A stretch of DNA of 64,000 nt from the human T2T-CHM13v2.0 reference genome, Homo sapiens (GCF_009914755.1 NC_060945.1), one strand, 5' to 3'; positions 1 to 14,788 are shown, counted from the stretch's first letter. Translations and numbers: made by a program. The notes: a model not told the origin generated them from the sequence alone.

Positions 1-230
1 GTAATTTTGTACACATTTACCAATCTCTCCTATCCCTCCTTTCTCCTTATCCTCTTCAGTCTCTGGTAACCACTTTTCTACTCTACTTTTGTGAAATAAA
101 CTTTTTCAGATTCCACATATGAGTGAGATCATGCTGTACCTGGCTTATTTCATTTAACATAATGTCCTCCAGGTTAATCCATGTCATTGCAAATGACTTG
201 ATTTCATTCATTTTTATGGCTAATAGTATT
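1..230 (-). mobile_element. Old L1 (L1MA/L1MB-type) 3' end fragment
   Basis: 'ttcagattccacatatgagtgagatcatg...tggcttatttcatttaacataatgtcctccagg...atttcattcatttttatggctaatagtatt' resembles antisense L1M 3' region. Confidence 0.8.
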
Positions 231-779
231 TAATTATTTTAAACATACACAGAAATGACAACACAATCTAAGAACTGATGGAATGCACGCAGTCACAGTC
301 CACAACTATTATATCTGAGTCACTTGAGCTTCCTAGGTAATTTTATTTCTTAAGAATAGCCCTAATGGTATGGGTTAAATTGACTTTATCAAAGTTGACG
401 TTTAAAATAATAGCAAGAGGTGATTGTAATTTGAGAAACGATAATTAACTACAGCATACCAAATCTTGGGCAGTTTTAAAATACCTGGGCCTGAAATGCA
501 AAAAGTTGTCTTGACTTATTGGTCATTTCCAGGATATTATTTTTATATATGTTATGTATAACTAACTACCCAAGATTTAAACATCTATAAGTTAAATCCA
601 TACAATTGAGGATGATAGGGGACTTAAAGAATTAGTATTACCAATAACTGTGAGTATCCTAAATAGCTTACTTAGGTGATGCTACAAAGCTCAGGCTTAC
701 AACTTAATCCCCAGGAAAGCTGCTTTTGCGCTGATGAGCTCCACTGATTCCCTCATGTCCCCCTGTGTGTGACTGGTGC

Positions 780-930
780 TCTAGTGTGTCAACTGAGGGA
801 CACAAGTCATCTGAGCATCTTGTTAAAATGTGAGTACTGTATCAGTAGTTCTGGGCCCTGAGATTCTGCATTTCCAATAAGCTGCTAGCGGATTCTGATT
901 CTGAAAGTCCCCAGACCACATTTGGTGAGA
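780..930. mobile_element. MER5A-like hAT-Charlie DNA transposon fragment
   Basis: 'tcagtagttctgggccctgagattctgcatttccaataagct...cccagaccacatttgg' is typical of the MER5 core. Confidence 0.7.
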
Positions 931-1655
931 TTTAAAAAGTTTTTGAGAGAAACACAGACCAACATGGATTCTGGTTATTTTATTTTGATTATACTTTAAG
1001 TCTCTGGATATTTGTAAAGGACAATTATTAACCATGTATCAGCTGCCACACAATATAGGCCAATACTTATGTTTTGTGTTTAATAATCAACCAAACCACT
1101 GTAGCTAGGTATTGTGAATTTAAGATGTACTTATTTATTTATTTTATTGTGAGTTTGTTGTCTTTATCGTATTTATTTAGTAAGTAAAGTTTCAAAGTTC
1201 TCCAAAGAAAAGGGAAAAAATAGTTGATGCTCAAATTTAGGTATGTCTGATTGCACATTTGTTATGGTTAGCTTCTAAATATGCTGTACTCAGATATATA
1301 AATCAGATAACTTTGAAAAAGTTATACACTTAGGCTAGCCTCTGGATTTCTACAGCTTCTCCATGTAGCTATAAGACAGGGATTTGAAACTGTAGAGGGT
1401 CATGTAACTGAGCTCTTAGCTGATAATCGAAATCACTATCCCTTTTCGATTGTCTTTATTGTGTACGTTGTTGTCCACAGTTTCTGGCCGAGGCCAGCTG
1501 GCCACTACTTAACACATCCATGCTCTCCTGCCTTCAGCAGTTGAATTGTGCAGTCACCAAGAGACAGTTGTGAAGATTCCAAAACATATATATTGTTTGT
1601 TCAAATATTCCCTCAAATGACAAAATATAAATACAAAAAGAAAAAAAAAGAAATG

Positions 1656-1658
<3 letters not shown>

Positions 1659-1692
<34 letters not shown>
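1659..1692. repeat. (TG)17 microsatellite, followed by a TA-rich tract at ~1743-1800
   Basis: Read directly. Confidence 0.95.
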
Positions 1693-1698
<6 letters not shown>

Positions 1699-3347
1699 CC
1701 TAGGAAAGCCAAGTAGAAAATTTAGAAAGATTTTATATGGAGATATATATATATATATATGTTTATATTTATATGTATATATGTTTATATATACATATAA
1801 ATAATTTTTGTACTTTTTACCAAATATCTACTCTTCTAACATAAGGATAAGTTGTTTTAAAAAATGTTCTCAAGAACAGGTAAGGGGCACAAACTAAAAT
1901 TAAACCATTAAAATCAACAAGAATATGCACTTAGGTGGTTTTCTAAGCATCTTGACATTCTCACTCTACTTTTAAAAAAGCAAAAACATTTAACTATCTC
2001 TAAAGGATGTATTTTTGAAATACAATATGGAACTTGGTGCTTAGTGAAAAACACTTGGTCCTGCGTCAAAAAACTGGTGAAAGTATATAATTTTAATAGG
2101 CCCTAATTTTTTTAAGAAAGTGTTCATTGAAATAAATTATCCTTTTTATAATTATTTTTACATTAGATGAAACTGATATTTCTGATTAATAATCAATTAT
2201 TTATTTTAACCATATTAGATAAGTGGTTGTTTAATGTATTTTACCACCATTGTAGACATTTGTTGGTTTAGCGATTTCGCGAAAATTTCACATTTTCCCC
2301 AATTTTGGCTATATATTCTGAGTGGGCCAGAAGTGAAGCACTCATTTAAGTGCTTGTATTATTTAAAACTGGGTGCAAGTGAGAGAAAAATCATACTCAA
2401 AGGCAAATGAATCTGTTCTGTATGTTTACTTAACTTTATCACCTTTCCCCAAATCTTCCCTAGTGGATTAAAGTTCGAATTAATTGAGTACAATTCAGTA
2501 GATTGTTACCTTTGTAGGGGCGGTTGTTTTGGTAAGGCTTCTCTAAATAATATCTCTCTCTTCCCATCACCATTTTGCTTATAAGAACAGTGTCCCTGTA
2601 GTTAGATCCCACATTGACTTGAAGCACACATACAGAACTACAAACTGTTTAAAATTATAATACATAAGTAAAACCAAAACACACAAGAAACTGATGTTAA
2701 GAAACCTACGCTAAAATAAGCAGTAATATGGAACTGCAAATCAATAATGAGAGAAATATTTACTACTAAAATCTGGTATGCAACATTGATGTACCATTAG
2801 AAAAGAAATTGTCTAGATAACTGTAATATTCAACAGTAACTGTGCACTGATGGAAGGCACTTTTTTTTTTACAGTATCAGTTATGTTTATATTTTGTTTA
2901 CCAATTCTGGGTTTTCACTCTTGAATAAGATTTCTCTTGATTCTATAAAGTTCTCACAGCTTCAAGATCCTCCTCCAAAAACATTTTTTCTTTATATTTA
3001 AGTCTTACACATATGTCTATCATAAATAAATTATGCATGCTTGCACTTTTATCTGTAAATATGTCCCCAGTTTTGGTTATGGCTGATCTTGTATATTTCT
3101 TTTCTTAACAGATTTGCAACGGTTGTTTTATCCAGTCTAAATGAGTAGTCATAGAAATAACCTTATTTTCATCATATTTTTATGATGAACACATAATTTC
3201 TTTGTGTAAAATACTTTTGTAACTTAAAGGTAATTTTTGGAAAGATTTATAATTCTGTTTTTCTTTTAGTTGTTCTTTAAAAAAATCATTGTGAAAACAC
3301 ATACCATAAATTTTACCATCTTACATCTATTTAACTGTACAGATTAG

Positions 3348-3945
<598 letters not shown>

Positions 3946-4769
3946 TCAGGCATGTTAAGTATATTCACATTATTATGCAAAAGACCTCTAGAAATTTTAC
4001 ATCTTGTAAAACTAAAACTCAATACCCTTAAGTGACAACTGCCCATTTTACTCTCTCTTCAACGCTTGCAAACACCTTCCTCCCACTTTCTGTTTCTATG
4101 TGTGTGACTACTTAAGACATCTCACATAAGTAGAATTATATTGTATCCATCATTTTGTTACTGGCTTATTTCCATTGACATAATATTCTCAAAGTTTATC
4201 TTAAAATGTGACAAGACTTCTTTTAAGGGTGAATAATATTTCATTGTACGTACATGTCAAATTTTTTGATGTGTTCATCAGTCAAGAAACATCTGGATTG
4301 TTTCAGCCTTTTGGCTTTTGTGAATATTGCTACAATAAAAAGGAGGTCAAAAAAAAAAAAAGACTGATGAACCCTAAAACTAATCAGCATTTTTCTCACT
4401 GATACACCCAGAAAGAAATTAGAACATCTGTGATGTCGATCTGTGATTTGAAAATAGTACATGAAAATCAAGCAAATAAAAATGAGAAGATCTATCAGAA
4501 TTGTTAATATTATGGTTACTTATGCTATAATCACCTCAATTGATGAAGAACCTAATCACTAAGGTCATTCAATTTTCACTTTCTAAAATTGTACTCTAAA
4601 CACAGGACATATCCTAAGGATATGAAACAAAAATAATACATCTTTTAATAAACTTTAAGCCATTTTTCTCCAAGTGTAAAAATTAAATCAAAATCAAACT
4701 ATTAATACTTAATTTTGTTTTTTCCAGAATATTACATGTGATTTAAAGGCCATTGTACAGCTATTTGCT

Positions 4770-4919
4770 GGCTCCGAAGGACCCTCACCAGATATCAAAT
4801 CTGTTGGCACCTTGATCTTGGACTTCCTGGTCTCCAGAACTATGAGAAATACATTTCTGTTTTTTATAAATTACTAATTCTAAGGGATTTTGTTATAGCA
4901 GCTCAAATGGACTAAGACA
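4770..4919 (+). mobile_element. MaLR LTR (MLT1A/MST) 3' fragment
   Basis: 'ggcaccttgatcttggacttcc...gttatagcagctcaaatggactaagaca' terminus. Confidence 0.85.
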
Positions 4920-7259
4920 ATTAGTCTAAAATCTAAGCATATTTTACTTGACTAAACACTATAAATTTTATTGAAAAACATTATTGTAATTTAACTGTGG
5001 ATTTGAACATTTTAAAATAAAAATAAGCATGTTTATGTTTGATGTTGAAATTCTCTGTTTCTGAAGTAGCGAATGTTTTAGAAAGAAATTCAAGGGGGAT
5101 ATTAGCATATGATAGTCTTGTTTACTTCCAATTAACACAGGAATACTTTTTTCTGACAAACACTAAAAATAGTTAAAAATTATGAATCGTTTTTACCAAT
5201 GTGTATCTTTGTAAACTAGGAGTTAAGACACAACACATGTTTCCCCACTTTTCTCTTTTATAGTGTGACAGTGTGATTTTGTACTATGAATATTTATTAT
5301 ATGTTAAAGCCTACTTGCTTTTTAAAAATGGATTATGATCTTGATCTTTTACTAGATTGTAAGCATCATGTTCATTTTATTCACTAGCACAGGCCTGGCA
5401 TCTGTCACAGAGCACGGCACATGCTAGCAAGCTCAATAAGTACTTCTTACATGAGCGATTGTTTAGATTTATGAGTGAATGATGATGACTCTTTTTCTCT
5501 CCCTATTCCATCCTCAGCTTCCTTCTTCCATATGTCTTTCACTTTACATGCTTCCTATTCTATTGTTTTGAACAATGTCTTGCTTGGTGTCCTTTTTTTT
5601 CTGTCACTGATGTGTCTTACTCCTTTTCTCTTTCAGGATATCTTTCTATACCCATCTTTGTGTTTCTTCCTTAAACTTACATTCCTGTTCTCTCCTCTGT
5701 TAAAAATATGATATGAAGTAAACATTTTTATCTGTTGTGTTATTAAATGAGTTTCGCCCTTTGCTGTTTAGAGAATAAGGTAATTGCAATATGTTTATAC
5801 CTTTTTTCCTCTTAAAAAGATAAGAAATATGATTCCTATTGGAGTTTGGTTTTTATTTTTATTTTCTGTGGGATTTTTTGTTTTATGTGTGTTTCTGGAA
5901 GCCTAGATTTTTTTAAGTGCTAAGCTACAGAAATGTAGAATAATCTTACCCAATCAACCAAAAACAAATCCCCCAAAATTAAGTTCATCAATTAAATTTG
6001 TTTTCTAAACTGTTGGTGCTATAAAGATAAAACTTTATTCTGCATTATTTCTGTGTTTGTTTAAAATTATTATTGAGTTTAACTTAAATTTAGAAACTTT
6101 TTGACTAAGAATGTTTAGAGCACAATATTATTTACATATATATAACTGTAAATTAAGTTCAAAAATAAAATTCTTATTCTTACAGTCTTATCTCACTAAT
6201 ACAACCAAAATAACATTAGTTAACACAAAGAACATTAAAAACCAATATAAATCAAATTAAAGACATTTATTTTATGTATAAACCATCATTTAAATAAAAC
6301 TATATTAAGTGTAGCATTTCATTTCATTTTTAATTATTTATTCTTTTTGTTTGGAGTAAAATGCCTTATATCTGTATATGTATATATGCATAAATATATA
6401 CAAATATTGAAACTATAAATATTATTTGATATTTTTATATTTTAAAATTACTGCTCTTTTAAACAATGCACTTATTTTAACCACTAATACTACTACTACA
6501 TTTAGCTAAATCCCCGTAAAATAAAATTGTATATGTGAATTATTTTAATACACACACATGCAAATGTTTTCTACTTAGTATTACTATAAAATTGTTTAAC
6601 TTGGTAATAAAACCACACGCTGGTATACTTCGCTGAAATGTTGGTATTTTATAGATTATGATGTTAAATGTTTTTCTTATATTTTGTTTATAACTTACCT
6701 ACCTTACTTTGAACAATCTCGCCTGTCAAAATGCTACCTTTTTTCTATATGTGAACTTTCATTTACACTATTTTTTATGGTATATTAGAATTTTCTTGAA
6801 ACATAAAATGCAATGAATTCAAGATTCAGGTGTTCATATTTGGTTGTAAAGAGTTCATCTTGCTGATCCAAAATATGCTGTGATGTATTTATTTTTATTA
6901 TGATAAAATTTAAAACACACACATAAATATTTGAAAGAGCTACTCAGTCATGGACACCTGAGTCATCTGAGAAATTTTATTATAGATACCTACATAATTT
7001 AGATAACTTAATATAGCCTTACCAAGTCAGTATTTATCATGTTCACTTTACAGTTATAGAAATTAAGGCTTTAAATAAATTGACAATATTATATACATAT
7101 AATCAGCAATGCAAGTTGCAAATTCAATTCTGTCTGATTCAAAATCTATGTCATCTTAATATGATTTACTTACTCCTGTTATCTGTTATGTATCCAATAA
7201 CTCTGTCTTTTTTTAATGTGTACATAATTATGCCTCATTATTATTATAAAGAAACCACC

Positions 7260-7470
7260 TGAAATTTGGAAAGATTATCTTCAAAGATAAAATATAGCAT
7301 CCAAAAATGGGCCCACACAAATATAGTCAACTGATTTTTGACAAAGTATAGTGGTAATTCAGAGGACAGATACCTTTTCAACAAATGGTGATGGAACAAT
7401 GGGATGTCCTTATGCAAAATAAAGATACTAGATGCAAATCTTACACTTCACACAAAAAATGAATAAATTT
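7260..7470 (+). mobile_element. Old L1M ORF2 fragment
   Basis: 'cccacacaaatatagtcaactgatttttgacaaag...ttttcaacaaatggtgatggaacaa'. Confidence 0.75.
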
Positions 7471-8561
7471 TATATCCTGAGGTATATCTACATCTCTCGT
7501 TATCTCATATTCAGTCTCACTCTCATTCTTGCTCTCACTCTCTCTCTCTCTCTCTCTCTGGGCACCCAATAACCTATCAATTGTAGGATACTAATGCTTG
7601 ACCAAGTTGCCTCAAATTGAGACAAATTTGAGGGGTCATTCCAGTCTCACAGGATCAGTGGAAACTTGTATATTAACTCCCTCCCAGTCCAAAGTCTCCT
7701 CCTCTCTGCCTCCACCAGGATTTTATAGATGTTATTCCCAGGAGCACTCTTAAGTAGACATCCATCACTCAAAACCATCTCAAAATTTGCTTCTCAGGAA
7801 ACACGATCTAGGAGAAACTGGAAAAAAGACCAAAAAATAATAATAAAATAAGAATAGGTCCTTGAAATTTATGCTATCTTACAGTTAGGCCATAAACAGT
7901 AAAACGGTAAAGTGGGAGAGAAGGAGAACAGTCTTCAATGGGGAAGAAAATGATTTCTTATCAAGAACATGTGATAATTAATTTCTTCATATTGGATTTT
8001 CTAAGCTAATTGCTGTCCTAATTCCTTTAGTTTCCAAGGGATCCAACAGGTTGTTCTTTGTGTTATTCACTTTCAATTAATCTGCAGTGACTTAATCCTC
8101 TCAACCCATTATTTAAAGCTAAATTAGCAGTGTTGTAACATGTGCTAAGATGTTGAATTGAGCAGGATATAGTAGAGATAGAAAAGATAGTGTTGAGATA
8201 GAAGATAATTATGAATGATTGTGATTCTTCACCTGAGTTTATTTATTATCAGTATAATCAATACATCATCTGGTTTTTCAATGAGTAATAATTAAATATA
8301 TAATCCTCTTTTTTACTTTAAATTGAGCTATTATAATATTTTTCTTCTCAACAAATGGTGATGGAACAATGTGATGTCCTTATGCAAATTAAAGAAGCTA
8401 GACACAAGTCTTACACTTCACACAAAATATAAATAAACTTTATATCCTGAGGTTTATATCTGCATCTCTCGTTGTCTCATGTTCACTCTCACTCCCATTC
8501 TTGCTCTCACTCTCTCTCTCTGTGTCTCTCTCTGTGGGCACCCAATAACCTATCAATTGTA
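7378..8561 (+). repeat. Non-tandem direct duplication, copies 7378-7585 and 8348-8561
   Basis: Both copies run from 'tcaacaaatggtgatggaacaatg' to 'gggcacccaataacctatcaattgta', roughly 90% identical by eye. Confidence 0.95.
7590..7812 (+). mobile_element. LTR16-like ERVL LTR 3' fragment
   Basis: 'gatgttattcccaggagcactct...catctcaaaatttgcttctcaggaaacacgatctagg' resembles the LTR16 end; degraded. Confidence 0.45.
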
Positions 8562-10184
8562 ACTTAATTCATTTTTTTACCTTAATTCATTTTTTTTCTG
8601 GAACATTAATAATCTGTTAAACAAAAGACCACATTTTGTAAATATCACTGCATATTTTGGCACAAAATAATGTAGGTGGTTTTCCCCAAAAATCCCCCCT
8701 CTCTTTTCTATCCTGGAGTTTTAAAATAGTCTCTGGGTAAATTTTATGTTGCAAAAGTTCAGTATAATTTCAATTTTATTTCACCCTTTCCTCAAGGTTA
8801 CAAAATCCGTTTCTTTTAAGTTAAGAGACACTGACTCATATTGAAATTAATTCTTACATTTGCTTGCAGGTTTTATATGAAATTTACTCTAAATATTATT
8901 AAGATAATTATCTGAATCAAATTACAATGGATGTATGAAATATACATGACAAATGAGCATAGTTCACTGGGTATTTCAGAAAAATTGAGAATTCCACAAA
9001 AATAGAAGGAGGTTATTGCACCTCCTTCTTTTAAGTAAAAGAAACCTAATTCATCTAATAGACAGCTGCTGGCTTATCTTGGAGTATGAAACTGCTATGA
9101 GAAAATTTGATTTCTTTCAAGGGTAGACCAAGACTCATGTCCTGAGTAGGTTCATGGAGTGAGTGGCACATGTCATGTGTGACACCATTGGTGTGATTAT
9201 ATAATAAGAGCAAAAATGAAGGTCAGTGGTCACTCCAGTCACTTATTTTTTTTTCCTTATTTTATTTTTTCTCTTTTTACTCTCACTGACATATAGTGCA
9301 GGCAACATTTTTGAGTTTTCATGATAGTTAACGGATAAATGGAGGAGAAAAGCAGAGACAGAACATTACAAATATTAGTCCCAAGGATTTTCATAAAGTG
9401 TTAATAGTATATTTCTCAGTGTGTTACTAGGGGAAATGAAAAGTCATGTTAAAACATAGGTTGAGTCTTTGTTGTGATTATCCTCTTAGGGTGAGGAGAT
9501 GTTGAATTTTCTATCTACATTTTAGTTAATCCTGGTTTTTGCACATAGCAGGTACTCTTTCTCCAGAAATATTAACATTTGGCATTTTTCCTATGATTAA
9601 AAAAAATTTCTAAAAAATCTCTTATAAGAAATTCCAAGGGATAGAGTAGCGAAGTTCAGGTGTGTGTTTGCATACATGTGTAGTGTAGACACATGTTTTC
9701 AAATGTATCCATGAATTTAAGAAGAAACAGAATAGATTTCACTTTGGTCGTGCTTTACTCTTTAGAGTTTCTCCAAATTCTACATTTCACAAAGGGATAT
9801 TCAAAATTCAATGCATGGAAATTTTCACAAAATTAAAAGCAAGTTATCAAAAATAATACCTATGACTATATATACATATATATGTATGTGTGTGTGTGTG
9901 TGTGTGTGTGTATAAATATATTTGTTGCCAAACAAATTTTATTCTTAGATAATACATGCTGATTTATTCACAGGTGTCTACAACTCAGAAATCCTTCAGA
10001 AGCTGTCATATTCAATATGCACCTTGTATACTAGTTTCAATGCCAATGTTTCTAATCCAGAAGGAAAAAATCAGCCCCACTTAAAGAGCCTCACTCTACA
10101 CCATGTTCACTCACAACACACCCACACACATGGTTACCTTGTGTAAAACAAGAAAGTGTTATTCTGTTTTCCCCCATTTTATAT

Positions 10185-10560
10185 AATATTTAGGATAGGT
10201 TTGACTGCTACAGTTACAAATATACCCTGAATAGAATCTAGCAAAAATTAATTCTCACTCATTCAAGTCCAGAGCTAGTTGGTAGCTCTCCAGAGCAATT
10301 TTATTCTTGTTGTGACCCAGGAATCTAGGCCACTTCTATTTTGCAGTAACTTTATCTCCACTTGTGGCCGCCATAATTGCAGTGGCAGTGGAACAATGGC
10401 ATAGAGAACATCCACTTGTTTCTAACAGCCTCCTATCAAAAGGGATGCATTCCACTTCCTTTCTCAGCCAATAAGCCATCTAGTCATGTGGTTCCAATCT
10501 TTCTTTTTGGAAAGCTTGGAAGTCTTCCCAAATCCCAACAAAAGAGAGGAGAGCCCAATA
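10185..10560 (-). mobile_element. Old MaLR LTR (MLT1J/K-like)
   Basis: 'ttaggataggtttgactgctacag...gacccaggaatctaggccacttctatttt...ctagtcatgtgg'. Confidence 0.5.
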
Positions 10561-11019
10561 CAGTGAGCATAGCCACAGCCACCACACTATATATTAGCTA
10601 TGTGATCATGAACACTCCCATAAACCTTTGCATATTATAGATTTTTCATCTTAAATTTAGGACATAAAACTGATCTCAGAAAGTTACTGTAAAGATTAAA
10701 TAGGATAACTTACGTACCTCAAGTAACACATAGTGTAGAAAACAGGATATGTTAGTTCTTTCTTTTTTTAAAAAAAGACCCATAATAATCTAATGATGAG
10801 TTATCTCCCTTGGCTACCTGTTTAAATACATTTACTAAAGATTCTCAGGTTCCAATTTCACTTACTACTGTTTTTGCAAGTCTTTCAAATTAGGGAGGGA
10901 AGATCATTCAGGGACAATGAGAAATGTAACATGAAATGCAACGAGTCTTTCAGGAATATGCATTGACAAAAGAATTTTTAACTACCCGCTCATAATACAT
11001 TTACTTGGAAAATGAACAG

Positions 11020-11505
11020 TAGGTGAGTAAAAACTCTCTCTCCCCTCTTAGAGTCCCAGCTGGGTCTGAGAATTGAATTGATCTAAGATAGATTAATAGG
11101 AAAAAAGCATACAAATTCAATATAAGTTTTACATGCCACAGGAGGTCTTATAGGGAAATGAAAACTCAAGCAATTGGCAAAACCTACATGCTTTTGTATT
11201 AGGTTGAACAAAAAGAGGCAATTGTGGAAAAGTAGCTGAATTATGTAGAGTCTAATGGGACATAAAAATAATTAAACAACATCTAATGGTACATATTCTC
11301 TCAGCTATGAGAGAATCAAAGAATTTTTCTTTTCTCCTGATACAGGGAGGACATCTTTTGTATGAGAGTTTTAATGTGTTTTCAAGACAGAAAAGGGAAG
11401 ATTGCAATGACATTCTTTCATCCACTGTTTTTCAATTGCCTTTAGATGAAAGCAATCTTTATGGTAAAGTGGCATGTTTTGGGGTGTATATTCTGTCATC
11501 CTTCA
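11020..11505 (-). mobile_element. ERV1 solo LTR, MER34/MER39-group
   Basis: Minus strand starts 'tgaaggatgacagaatatacaccccaaaacatgccacttt'. Confidence 0.65.
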
Positions 11506-12316
11506 TAATTAATATAAATATGTATATAAAATTTTAAAATTAATAAGTTGGTTCCATTCTCTTGTAGAACACATATTTTCTTTTTAATTTTATTTTGTGT
11601 TAAGAAATTCTATATGCCTGAAATAGCTATCAAACTAGAACCATGCAATGTTATCAGGAGTGGAGCAGACAATTATTTGGAGTAAATAAATCAAATTAAA
11701 CATGTATAATGAATACTAAAGGAAATATTAGAAAAGAAATGTTTTTACAACTGAAGGGAAAGTTACAGCTATTCTCAGGAACATTTAAAGTATGCATTCT
11801 CATTTTATAGGGTGTGGGGGCTTTCCTTATTCAAAATATTAGACATAACTTGTTTTTGCTTTCTGGATCAGAAAATATTGAGTGTGTTTTTATTTAACTG
11901 TCTAAAAGTTGTTTTGAAATAATATTTAATGTAACAGGGATGCCTGATTAATGTCTCTCATTGAATTGATAGTTCAACAGGTTGCGTTTGTTTTTTAATA
12001 TGAATAGGCTAAAAAACAAAAACATTATACAATATATATTTTAAGTATATATATATTTATACTCTCTCTATACATATGTATATACCGCCTCTATTTTAGA
12101 CTTTTATTTTCCAACTGTCCCATTTTTACCCTAACCCAACTGTTCCCCTCTACATGTGCTGCAAAAGGGTTTTCTTCCATAGTTTCATTTTCTTTTGTTC
12201 CCCTTTCACTGTGAAATGTACTTGCCTTACTAATAGTACTCAAACAGACATAATTGGTTTCAGTCTTGGTTTGGACATATGTGTGACAAGTTCCATATGT
12301 TCTACATTGTTAGTAA

Positions 12317-12601
<285 letters not shown>

Positions 12602-12757
12602 AAGCATGAACACATAAACTGAGGACGAGGCAAGATAAAGAATAAGCAGTCTAAAGCAGAAAGATAGCCTTTCAATGTACTATTGCGCCTTTAGGGAATG
12701 GAAGTCGTCTGTAAGCACAGTGTATCTGCAGCAGATAGAAATCTCCTTTGATCAATG

Positions 12758-12961
12758 TTGCATCAGCAAAGAACATTCCTATGTAAAATTGATACAAACT
12801 TTATTTGAGTGCAAACATTGTGAAACCTGTGTTAGAGATCAGCAGGCATGCTGACATTGATCAGAGGAGATTTCTCCTGATCTCTAACACAGATTTCACA
12901 ATGTTTGCGCTCAAATAAAGTTTGCATCAGTTTTACATAGGAATGATCTTTGCTGAAGCAA
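12758..12961. repeat. Long inverted repeat: 85-bp arms (12758-12842 / 12877-12961), 34-nt loop
   Basis: Manual alignment gives 79/85 complementary positions and no indels. Confidence 0.97.
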
Positions 12962-13535
12962 TACATTTCCCAAGCTAGAATTGGAAATCTGAATTTAATA
13001 GCACCTATCGGATATAATTTTAATATGATGGATTTTTCGTTTTTAGAACGGAAAGCTTAATTCTCCTTATCTGAGTTAGATGTAAAAATTATCATCCTAG
13101 ATGACAGTTTAGCTATTTTGTTTGTGGGTGTTTGCATATGTTTCCTGACTCTTTTAAGTCATTTTAGACTCCTAATTAGGCCAAATTCTTCTTCTGAATC
13201 ACTGAGTATAAAAAACAGTCTTTAACAAGATTCACAGACATTCCATATCCTTTGCCAAGCTCACTAGTATTGCTATCATTTTTATGCTCCACTTAGGTAA
13301 CATTAGGAAGCACTTTTGTTTAACTCACTATGAAAATTAAAGATGAAATGATGTGTAATTTGAAGTTTTCAATTTTTTTGGCAGGTAAGATTTTAAGACT
13401 GAAATAGTTGCTTGAAATCTATCTTTATTGATAGCAAATCAAGGAAGACATCAATAATTAAATAATAGAGAGAACATTATTTTATTTGAAAGGGGCATTG
13501 ACAACTTCCAATGGAAAATTTTAGCTCAATATTGT

Positions 13536-13956
13536 ATGGTATGGTTTGAATGTTTAACCTTTCTGAAATTCCTGTTGAAACTTAATCTCCAATGTGGAAA
13601 TATTGAGAGGTAAGGCCTTTAAGGGGTGATTGAGTCATGAGGATAAATTGGGCCATTCCTGGATTAATAGATTATTGGGCTGATGAATTATTTGGTTATC
13701 TCAGGAGTGGTACTTGTGTCTTTATAAGAAGAGGAAGAGGGAATTGAGTTAGCATGTTCATCTCACCTCCCCACATTATTATGCCTTGTGCCGCCTCCGG
13801 GTTCTGCACAGAGTCCCCATCAGGAAGAAGGCCCTCACCAGATGTGGCCCCTGGACACTGGACTTCCCAGCTTCGAGAATTGTAAGAAATTTCGATTTTA
13901 AAAAACAAATTACCCTCTTGGGTGTTCAGTTATAGCAACAGAAAATGAACTAAAAT
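13536..13956 (+). mobile_element. MaLR LTR, MSTC/MSTB-like
   Basis: 'tggtatggtttgaatgt...ttgaaacttaatctccaatgtgg...aagaaggccctcaccagatgtggcccc...ttatagcaacagaaaatgaactaaaata'. Confidence 0.85.
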
Positions 13957-14788
13957 ATTATGTTTCAAATTTGTGTGGTATAGGTTTCCAGAAAAGAATT
14001 TCTTCATTAGCATTTAATCAAGACAATCCTGGGCTTTCTCTGTGTTTTCAGGAAGTGTCAAGGTACATTATTTAAATGATGAATAAGGTTATAAAGAAAT
14101 AACATAGCCTTTTCATAGTCAGATAATGTCATATTTAAAATGGAGCATTAACCTGTATGCCCAGTCATTGTGGGGAGAAACATAATCCTGTCAAATTTCA
14201 ATACCATTTTAAGACTCTTTTCAGAGTGGGAAATACAGGTAAAACAGTTGAGAAAAAATGCAACATTTAAACCAAATAATACAGGAAATACATAGAAGTA
14301 ATAAATGCTGGTCAATTCATGGTATCAAACTATATAGAATTTTTAAATTAGTAAATAGAAACATAAGAACTTACAGTGTGGGTTTCAGACTAAACCCAGC
14401 TGTTTACCACCTCTCCTTTCCAAAGTCTCATTCTGTGTCAGAAATCCTGAAGTTCAATAGGATTTATGTTTGGTATACATTAAACTACGTTGTGTTTTAC
14501 ATCTCTCCTCTCTTTGTTTTCTGTTACGTCTTCATAGTTTCTGGCCTGGTCTACTGTAGTATCTCCCAATCACTGGCTCCTTGCCTCAAATCCATTTGTG
14601 TTATGTCTGGCCACCAGAGTGACCTATCTAAACATTATATTTCACCATGCATTTTCAGTGTTTTAAGCCTTTCTCTGGCTTTCCACCTTTTAGAATATAT
14701 AAATTCACAATACAAATATCACAATATAAACATTAATATGATGGGACACTCCATATTATCAATTTCACAGGATTCTCCTCTTTCTTAG

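Noticed and set aside
2276-2286. Palindrome tttcgcgaaa (E2F-like)
   Set aside because: Single short motif with no promoter context
5637-5779. Possible internal exon (polypyrimidine tract + CAG at 5636, AAG|GTAATT at 5779/5780)
   Set aside because: Such signals are frequent by chance in T-rich DNA; no partner exons or coding signal; needs RNA evidence
9004-9033. 10-bp perfect hairpin (agaaggaggt / acctccttct) followed by a T-run, resembling a bacterial terminator
   Set aside because: Short inverted repeats of this size can occur by chance in 64 kb, and the context is mammalian
14258-14788. 176-aa ORF
   Set aside because: No recognisable domain, composition typical of AT-rich noncoding DNA, and overlaps L2-like remnants
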